A DNA stretch of 57,060 nt from a virus. Its lineage: Duplodnaviria > Caudoviricetes. Below are positions 50,414-57,060 of the stretch, one piece after another. Every line of letters begins with the position of its first letter. Positions within the stretch are counted from its first letter, which is position 1. Under the pieces are notes generated by a model. It searched no databases, had not been told where the DNA came from, and worked only from the letters and a program-made list of their open reading frames with translations. Location: positions 1-57,060 of the IMG/VR virus record IMGVR_UViG_3300019093_000011; one strand, 5' to 3'. The position numbers and the translations under genes are program-made.

Positions 50414-52825
50414 TTAAGCTCCTGCCGCCATTGCATCATCAGCAGTTCTAGGCGGAGTGAATACAGATGTTGAAGGGGCGTTCTCTGAGGATTCTGTGGG
50501 TTTTAAATCTTGATTCATCATTCTCACTAATTTTAATTGCTGTAAAAAAATATTCTTTTCAAAGCTACTTTCAACTTGAAATACTCTATATAACCCACTG
50601 AACTCAGGAACTAGTCTTCCTTTGCCACCAAAATCATATAAACCTGCATTGGGATTAAGATCAATGGGATTTCTAAAATTCACTACCACATAAACCTCGC
50701 CGTCTTGTGTGTTCATAGCACCATCTGCATTCATTTCAGGAATATTAGTTGCCTTTGCTGAATAATTGCCTATTCCACTATCAGCTATATAAAACGGATC
50801 ACCTAAAATTTTCATGTTAAGTGATATCATGTCGCCCCCAGCGTTTAAGGCTTTGTTAAATTGTCTAGCAGCAATTGTACTAGCATCCTCTCCAGCAGTA
50901 ACACCACCTCCCCTAGCGTTCATTGATGTTTCTGAATATCTTGTAATAACTTTAGTTTGAGCCTGACCTGGAGTGGAATTATTATCGCCTAAACTAGATG
51001 CTACTAAAATATCAGAGGCATCTCTTTCATTGTCAGTAGTTATGCCCCCTTGCTCTTTTTCCTCTTCTTGAATATTTTGTTCTAATGATTCATTATTTTT
51101 ACCTGCATCAGCATTGAGTGCTTGATAAAAACTTGTTTTAAACTCAATATTAAAATCTAGTATATCAATATTTTTTCCAGTATACAAATATTCATATTTT
51201 TTAACAGCATTATATTTTTTTTCTTCAAGTTTTTTAGCTGGTTGATTTCCTGGAACAAAATTTGAGTAATCAATTTTATAAGGCACTATTCTAAAAACAC
51301 TTAGTGTGGGGTTACGTTGAGGGCCTTTTAATCTTTTAGAGGTTGATAGTATATAATATTGTGTCTCGATTCTCCACCAATTTACTTTTTGATCGCTATC
51401 AATGTTAGCTGGATCCAATGCTCTTCTTCCATAATCACTGGCCAATATTATTTCGTTAATGGCATCGGTAATACTGGTTCCCTGACCAAATTTTGCTATA
51501 CCTTTATTTTTTGTAATCTGCATGTCACCTCTGGTATAAGTGCCAGTTTTTTCGTCATAGACAACATTCTCTTTGGCAAATATTGCTTCTGCTCTTTTAA
51601 CATCTTGTTCAAATCCCATTGGTGCTTTACCAATGGGGTTAGTATTTGCTTCATTTTGAAACAAAGTATCTTCTTGTGATTCAACACCTAGTTTTGAAAA
51701 AACAAGTTTATCAGTATTTTCAGTTGTTGCTGTTGGGGACATGGTTGCCCCTTGAGGGTTTGAGTTATCATCAGTTTTAACAATATTTTTACCTGTTTGC
51801 AAATCTATAGGAAATAATATTAATATTCTATCTGGATCTAAGTTTTTTCCTTTGACCAAGGCTTTAAGTGCATCATTAATAACTTTTTGTAAACTTAGTT
51901 TATCTGTTTTAGATCCAGTTTGTAACATTTCTTGGACAGTGCCACCCTGTATAGTAGGAGTACCTGTTATTTTATTGTTATCAACACTGAATGTTCTTTC
52001 ATTCCATGGAATAGCCGAACAATCATATACTGTGCCCTGACCACTGACACGCATTTCAATAGCATTAAGTTTAAGAGGGATATGCTTTCTAGACAATTTT
52101 GCTCTGAAATTTTGTTGATTTGCGGTTAAATGACCTTTAAATTCTATACTTAAAAGCATGGGCATACTTAACCAATTATCATATCCAGCTTGAAATGCTG
52201 CAACTTGCACTGTTTGAAAGAATAATCCTGTACTATAAGGCTCTGTAATTTGAAAAGTTATAGAGGTAGAGTTAGTATTTCCTGTAGCTTTGTTGTATCC
52301 AATAATACCACTTATTTTGATATTATCTATAAAAGCATCAAATCTTCCAGATGGATTTGCTTTGCTTTTAAAATTGGTTAATTTAATAGCATTACTATTA
52401 ATTATATCACCAGTTCCGCCACTTTTTACTATTATAGGACCAAGTAGATCTCTTCTATAAGTTTCATCAGGAAAGTTTATGGAATTACCATTAAGCACAC
52501 TTAATGTAAAAATACAATTATAACTGTCAAACTCACCAAGTTCATTGGGAAATGGTTCACCTGGTATTCTTTCAATATAGGCCAAATCTTTTCCAGCTAG
52601 CAATTCACCATTTATGTCTATATTTTTTTTATTATCAACTTCATCATCAACAACTTTTCCAGGTATGGGTTTAGGTATTCCCCCTGTAATACTGCCTAAC
52701 CCTGCAATTTTATTTTGTAATTGACTTATACCGCCTGAAATATTACTGGCTAAATTGATATTTTCTAATTTTTTAGTAACAAAGTTTTTGGCTGCTGTGG
52801 TGGCACTGGCTAAATTAAATCCCAT
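50414..52825 (-). CDS. Putative baseplate hub protein (gp27/gpD-like)
   Basis: 803 aa; ILGDPFYI and FSGLYRVFQVESSF C-terminal hub-type motifs; lies between gp53 and gp5. Confidence 0.55.
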   Translation of the reverse strand: MGFNLASATTAAKNFVTKKLENINLASNISGGISQLQNKIAGLGSITGGIPKPIPGKVVDDEVDNKKNIDINGELLAGKDLAYIERIPGEPFPNELGEFDSYNCIFTLSVLNGNSINFPDETYRRDLLGPIIVKSGGTGDIINSNAIKLTNFKSKANPSGRFDAFIDNIKISGIIGYNKATGNTNSTSITFQITEPYSTGLFFQTVQVAAFQAGYDNWLSMPMLLSIEFKGHLTANQQNFRAKLSRKHIPLKLNAIEMRVSGQGTVYDCSAIPWNERTFSVDNNKITGTPTIQGGTVQEMLQTGSKTDKLSLQKVINDALKALVKGKNLDPDRILILFPIDLQTGKNIVKTDDNSNPQGATMSPTATTENTDKLVFSKLGVESQEDTLFQNEANTNPIGKAPMGFEQDVKRAEAIFAKENVVYDEKTGTYTRGDMQITKNKGIAKFGQGTSITDAINEIILASDYGRRALDPANIDSDQKVNWWRIETQYYILSTSKRLKGPQRNPTLSVFRIVPYKIDYSNFVPGNQPAKKLEEKKYNAVKKYEYLYTGKNIDILDFNIEFKTSFYQALNADAGKNNESLEQNIQEEEKEQGGITTDNERDASDILVASSLGDNNSTPGQAQTKVITRYSETSMNARGGGVTAGEDASTIAARQFNKALNAGGDMISLNMKILGDPFYIADSGIGNYSAKATNIPEMNADGAMNTQDGEVYVVVNFRNPIDLNPNAGLYDFGGKGRLVPEFSGLYRVFQVESSFEKNIFLQQLKLVRMMNQDLKPTESSENAPSTSVFTPPRTADDAMAAGA

Positions 52826-52826
52826 A

Positions 52827-53132
52827 TTACCCTCCTAATACTTTCATTAAGCTATTAGCTTTTGGTATATAAAATTGAACTCCTGGGACAAAATCAAATA
52901 TGGGATCTTGGATAACGTCCAAATTACGTTGCATAAAAACCCACCAAAGATCTGGTGTTTGATATAAGTCATAACTTAATAGATCTGGTCTATAGGCATA
53001 TTGACTTTCTAATGTATAGTAAAAATCATCTAGTTCAGCACTAACTGGTCTGATTGTAAGTACTCCCAAATAGTCTCTAGTTATTTCTGTAGTATACCAA
53101 GGGCTGTTTGAATTATAAGCTGTTACATTCAT
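52827..53132 (-). CDS. gp53: Baseplate wedge protein, gp53/LysM-like
   Basis: YRPDLLSYDLY.TPDLWWVF..N motif. Confidence 0.75.
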   Translation of the reverse strand: MNVTAYNSNSPWYTTEITRDYLGVLTIRPVSAELDDFYYTLESQYAYRPDLLSYDLYQTPDLWWVFMQRNLDVIQDPIFDFVPGVQFYIPKANSLMKVLGG

Positions 53133-54163
53133 TATAGATATCCCTGTCCTTTATATCCGCCTTTGACAAATTCCTCTAAATTGAATCGACGTACTTGAGT
53201 TCTACTATACACTGGCGTGACTGTTACACTAAATTGACTTTGCGTGGGTACATGTGTTGGTGCAGATAACATTTCTTTACTAATTGATTTATCCCCTGCT
53301 CCACCACTAAGAACTTTTGCTACATTGGCTCCATTAGAAATAAAATTCAATACTTTTCCAGCACTAGTGGCACCAACTGCACTAGCAACTCCAGACAGTA
53401 GTTTGGCTGTTGACCCAATTTTATCTAGGTTAGACCCCCCTCCTCCGCCGCCTCCACCCCCGCCAGCGCCAGGTGCTTGTTTCATTATGTCTGCACTGAT
53501 ATAATCAACTTCTTTAGGCAATGTCACATTGAAGCTTTTAACTACAACTGGCACATTTTTAAAAACATAATCCCCATAAGCACTAAACTTTAATATAGGC
53601 GGTGGGTTTCCCACGTAGGCATTTTCCCCTGCATACATCTTAGTAACACTTCTTAAAAAATGTACTGCGGCAATCCAATATAATGCTTCATTCCAATCTT
53701 GAACATAAAAGTCGCCATTTATTTGTATATCGCTAACTTTGCTATCTTGATAGGCTATAAATTGATAATTCTGGTGAGTAAGACTTTGTTCACCGTAACT
53801 AACATTATGACTAATAGTTATGGTAGGAGTATAGGGAAATATTAATCCCCCAGATGCTCTGATTGGCTCTAATATTTGACCTTTGCTAAAAACTTCATTG
53901 ATCCTATCATCCATTCCTGGAAGATATAATCTAGCTCGCCAATCTTTACTGGCATCAGTGACAAAAGTAGCATTAGCTCCGGCAGCACCTCCACCACCCC
54001 CGCCACCTTTTGGCAAGTTGATACTACGAATTGCGCTAAGTAATTTACTAGGGTCACCAGAAGTTAACGCAGACCCTAAATTTGAGACTGCATTGATGCC
54101 GCTAGCTATATTACCAAGCGCACCAAGCGCACTTTTTGCACCAGCAATTGGGTCGAACGCCAT
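53132..54163 (-). CDS. Putative tail-tube initiator / baseplate-tube junction protein (gp48/gp54-like)
   Basis: FPYTPTITI, GNPPPILKF.AYG, VPVVVKSF motifs; AAGGAG RBS 8 nt before ATG 54163. Confidence 0.55.
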   Translation of the reverse strand: MAFDPIAGAKSALGALGNIASGINAVSNLGSALTSGDPSKLLSAIRSINLPKGGGGGGGAAGANATFVTDASKDWRARLYLPGMDDRINEVFSKGQILEPIRASGGLIFPYTPTITISHNVSYGEQSLTHQNYQFIAYQDSKVSDIQINGDFYVQDWNEALYWIAAVHFLRSVTKMYAGENAYVGNPPPILKFSAYGDYVFKNVPVVVKSFNVTLPKEVDYISADIMKQAPGAGGGGGGGGGGSNLDKIGSTAKLLSGVASAVGATSAGKVLNFISNGANVAKVLSGGAGDKSISKEMLSAPTHVPTQSQFSVTVTPVYSRTQVRRFNLEEFVKGGYKGQGYL

Positions 54164-54183
54164 ATACACTACTCCTTGGCTAA

Positions 54184-54191
54184 TATTTATT
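54184..54191 (-). promoter_or_regulatory. Late promoter AATAAATA heading the baseplate operon
   Basis: Minus strand AATAAATA-TTAGCC-AAGGAG...ATG. Confidence 0.55.
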
Positions 54192-54219
54192 TGACTTTAT
54201 AATGTACGTATATTATAAT
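54191..54219 (+). promoter_or_regulatory. Sigma70-type promoter
   Basis: TTGACT-17 bp-TATAAT, then AGGA RBS and ATG 54242. Confidence 0.8.
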
Positions 54220-54241
54220 ATACCTATAACAGGACTGACTG

Positions 54242-55064
54242 ATGACCGTAAACTATCTCAATAATCGTGATCTATTAGAGGAAATTCACAGAAGTAAAAA
54301 ATTCCTATAGCGTTTATGCTAGCCCAGAATATCATCAATATGATATTATTCTTCCCGGTTTGGAAAAAATTAATATTAGAACCACAGCCGAAGCCAAACG
54401 TAATCGTGCTAAAAGAATTGGGGACGAAAATTACTCACGTAGAAAAGCCTCAGGTGAAAAAATCAAAATGGCTGACTGCGAAATAGATTATAAAAAAATC
54501 CCAAAAATTGATTTGGTATTTAGAATTATGACTTATGAACATGTTCCCGTAAACAAGACACGTAAGAAAAGTCAAAAGACTGAAGCTGACGGCAGAGATA
54601 AAGTAAACTTTCCTCCTTTCCAACATTGGAAGTTTGACGAGAATGATGAACTTGTCTGCGTAGGTAAGAGTCATTGGAAAGGCTCATTGGACAAGGGCAA
54701 GTTTAGTAAGGATCATGGACAGATTTCAAATAATCTTGCTCGCATGTATATCAAATTGTGTGAACGCTATGCTACCCGAGGCAATGTCAGAGGATACACA
54801 TATAATGATGAAATGCGAGCGCAGGCCATACTGCAATTAACCCAAATAGGCTTGCAATTCAACGAGTCGAAAAGTAATAATCCCTTTGCATACTTTACTG
54901 CCGCAGTAACTAACAGTTTTGTACGCATTATCAATATTGAAAAGAAAAATCAAAACATTCGAGACGATATACTAGAAATGAACGACATGGCACCCAGTTA
55001 TACTAGAACCAGTAACGCTGAATACTCAGCTGGAGTACGTAGACATGAACGCGAGGAAGAATGA
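54242..55064 (+). CDS. gp55: Late-transcription sigma factor, T4 gp55-like; +1 frameshift in an A6 run at 54296-54301
   Basis: MTVNYLNNRDLLEEIHRSK joins NSYSVY...PGLEKINIR if one A is removed. Downstream RGYTYNDEM, FNESKSNNPFAYFT and F.R.I..EKK are gp55 motifs. Adjacent to gp47/gp46 as in T4-like phages. Confidence 0.85.
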
Positions 55065-56074
55065 CAAATCTTTTTAAACGTGTGGCCTTATTCACAGACA
55101 TACACTTTGGACTTAAAAGTAACAGCGCCACACATAATCAGGACTGTGAAGATTTTGTAGATTGGTACATTGCCAAGGCCAAGGAGTTAGATTGTGATGT
55201 GGGAATTTTTATGGGCGATTGGCACCATAACCGTAATAGTCTTAATATTACCACAATGGATTATAGTCTTAGGGCCTTGGAAAAATTAGGGCAAGCCTTT
55301 GATCGTTTCTACTTTTTTCCTGGTAATCATGACTTATACTACAAAGACAAGCGCGACATTCATAGCGTAGAATTTGGCAAATATATTCCTGGAATCACTG
55401 TAGTACACAAGCCTATGACAGAAGGCAATGTGACCATGTGCCCTTGGTTAGTAGGCAATGAATGGAAGAGCATAGGTAAAAAAGGTGGCAAATATATCTT
55501 TGGTCACTTTGAACTGCCTAGCTTTTTCATGAACGCCATGGTACAGATGCCAGATCACGGTGAAATTAAATTAGAACATTTTCAAAATTACGAACTTGGG
55601 TTTAGTGGACACTTCCATAAACGCCAACAACAACGTAACATGATCTATATTGGCAACGCATTCCCACATAATTACGCCGATGCGTGGGACGATGATCGTG
55701 GAATGTGTGTACTTGAGTGGGGCGGGCAACCAGAATATTATAGTTGGCCAGATCAACCCACTTTTAGAACTGTTAAACTTAGCGAACTGATTGATAACGG
55801 TGCAAAGATCATTAAACCCAAACAACATCTTAGAGTTACACTGGATATTGATATTAGCTACGAAGAGGCTAGTTTTATTAAAGAAACTTATCTAGCAGAT
55901 TATGATATTAGAGAATTGACCTTGATTCCAGAAAAACGTGAAGTGGAATTGAGCAGTGACACTAACATTAAAGCATTTGAAAGTGTAGATCAAATTGTGA
56001 TGAATCAATTAGTCAGTGTGGAAAGTGACACATATGACGTAAACCTTCTTTTAGATATCTATAACAACTTATGA
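55061..56074 (+). CDS. gp47: Recombination endonuclease subunit, gp47/SbcD/Mre11-like
   Basis: TDIHFG, GDWHH, GNHD, FGHFE, SGHFH metallophosphoesterase motifs. Confidence 0.92.
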   Translation: MTNLFKRVALFTDIHFGLKSNSATHNQDCEDFVDWYIAKAKELDCDVGIFMGDWHHNRNSLNITTMDYSLRALEKLGQAFDRFYFFPGNHDLYYKDKRDIHSVEFGKYIPGITVVHKPMTEGNVTMCPWLVGNEWKSIGKKGGKYIFGHFELPSFFMNAMVQMPDHGEIKLEHFQNYELGFSGHFHKRQQQRNMIYIGNAFPHNYADAWDDDRGMCVLEWGGQPEYYSWPDQPTFRTVKLSELIDNGAKIIKPKQHLRVTLDIDISYEEASFIKETYLADYDIRELTLIPEKREVELSSDTNIKAFESVDQIVMNQLVSVESDTYDVNLLLDIYNNL

Positions 56075-57060
56075 TTCGTATTAAAGATTTAACTGTTAAG
56101 AATTTCATGAGCGTGGGTAATCAAACTCAGGCTGTAGATTTTTGTAAAGAACAACTGACATTGGTCCTAGGTGAAAATCTAGATCAAGGCGGCGATGACA
56201 GCGGCAGTCGAAACGGCACTGGCAAAACTACTATTGTCAATGCCTTAAGTTATGCCTTATTTGGTCAGGCTCTTACTAATATTAAAAAAGATAATTTAGT
56301 CAATAAGACCAATAATAAGAACATGATAGTCACATTGAATTTTGAAAAAAATGGTGTGAGCTATAAAATAGAACGTGGTCGCAGACCTAATATTTTTAGA
56401 TTTTTTATCAACGGAGAAGAACAAGACACTGATAACGTTGACGAAAGTCAAGGTGATGTACGCGAAACACAACGCGACTTAGACACACTGTTAGGCATGA
56501 GTCACGACATGTTCAAACATATTGTGGCACTTAACACCTATACTGAACCATTTCTCAGTATGCGATCTGCTGATCAACGAATGATCATTGAACAATTACT
56601 GGGCGTGACATTGCTCAGTGAAAAAAGCGAAAGCTTAAAGGAACAAGTTAGACTAACTAAAGACGAAATTAATCAAGAATCTGCCAATATTGAAGCTACT
56701 AAAAAGAGTAATGATCGTATTGAACAAAGTATTACAGGGCTAGCGACCAAACAACGAGCATGGGCAAAACAACAAAAAGATGATTGTGAAAAAGTTGCTG
56801 AAAAGATTTTGGAACTGCAAAACATTGACATTGAACAAGAACTAGCCCAACATGCTCTATTAAAAAGTTATGACGAGCTAGCAGCTAAAATTCGTAGTCT
56901 CAATAAGGAAAAAGCCACATTAGAAACTGCTGTTGGGCAGGCTGAAAAGTCTGTGAACAAGTACAAAAAAGAAGTGGAACAACTTGCTGACAAATCTTGT
57001 CCTTCTTGTCAACAACAGTTATTAGATCATAAACATGGCGAAATGACTGAGACTGCCTTG
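56071..57060 (+). CDS. gp46: Recombination ATPase subunit, gp46/SbcC/Rad50-like, partial (runs off window end)
   Basis: Manual translation MIRIKDLTVKNFMSVGN...NGTGKTT, then coiled coil and zinc hook CPSC at 56998-57009; ATGA overlap with gp47. Confidence 0.92.
   Translation, partial: MIRIKDLTVKNFMSVGNQTQAVDFCKEQLTLVLGENLDQGGDDSGSRNGTGKTTIVNALSYALFGQALTNIKKDNLVNKTNNKNMIVTLNFEKNGVSYKIERGRRPNIFRFFINGEEQDTDNVDESQGDVRETQRDLDTLLGMSHDMFKHIVALNTYTEPFLSMRSADQRMIIEQLLGVTLLSEKSESLKEQVRLTKDEINQESANIEATKKSNDRIEQSITGLATKQRAWAKQQKDDCEKVAEKILELQNIDIEQELAQHALLKSYDELAAKIRSLNKEKATLETAVGQAEKSVNKYKKEVEQLADKSCPSCQQQLLDHKHGEMTETAL

Noticed and set aside
53435-53470. G-rich tract with G-quadruplex potential on the minus strand (also ~53980-54010)
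   Set aside because: Fully explained by poly-Gly linkers written in mixed GGN codons; no independent evidence for a DNA or RNA structural role.
40790-54350. TAG stop-codon reassignment as the cause of the broken genes (breaks at 40824 and 54308 both end in TAG)
   Set aside because: Reading through TAG meets TAA or TGA within a few codons in both cases, and the continuation is in a different frame. Long ORFs are intact under code 11.
534-55828. Many short ORF-track entries antisense to or nested in long genes (e.g. 2108-2479, 25556-25942, 53244-53504, 53883-54194)
   Set aside because: Shadow ORFs of real genes with no RBS or motifs. The poly-Pro ORFs simply mirror poly-Gly codons.
1-57060. 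tRNA, rRNA, introns, inteins, homing endonucleases, transposases
   Set aside because: Gaps between genes are under about 80 bp with no cloverleaf seen, and I recognised no intein, HNH, GIY-YIG, LAGLIDADG or DDE motifs.

Overview
AT-rich, densely coding fragment of a large T4-related myovirus (jumbo-phage-like) genome in the standard genetic code. I saw no rRNA, tRNA, CRISPR array or mobile element. Left to right: (1) a replication block on the minus strand (miniature DnaE-like polymerase fragment, Zn-finger protein, gp62-like clamp-loader subunit, UvsW helicase); (2) an ~18.7 kb tailoring-enzyme island at 5044-23734 with five glycosyltransferase-like genes, seven radical SAM enzymes carrying twitch/SPASM Fe-S domains (six of them N-terminal), a 2OG-Fe(II) oxygenase, a methyltransferase, an SDR and an SGNH protein; (3) tail-fibre and baseplate genes, including three paralogous fibres and a ~4,250-aa baseplate protein split by a frameshift; (4) a divergent plus-strand operon of gp55-like late sigma factor, gp47 and gp46. 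Ten T4-late-type NATAA(A/T)TA-like boxes sit in the short gene junctions, including ahead of the enzyme island. This suggests the island is a late-expressed system for glycosylating and radically tailoring the virion. Other points: an RBS-sequestering hairpin with a late box in its loop, probable leaderless late genes, overlapping divergent sigma70 and late promoters, and three frameshifts that are probably sequencing indels. All family assignments come from motif recognition by eye, not from database searches.
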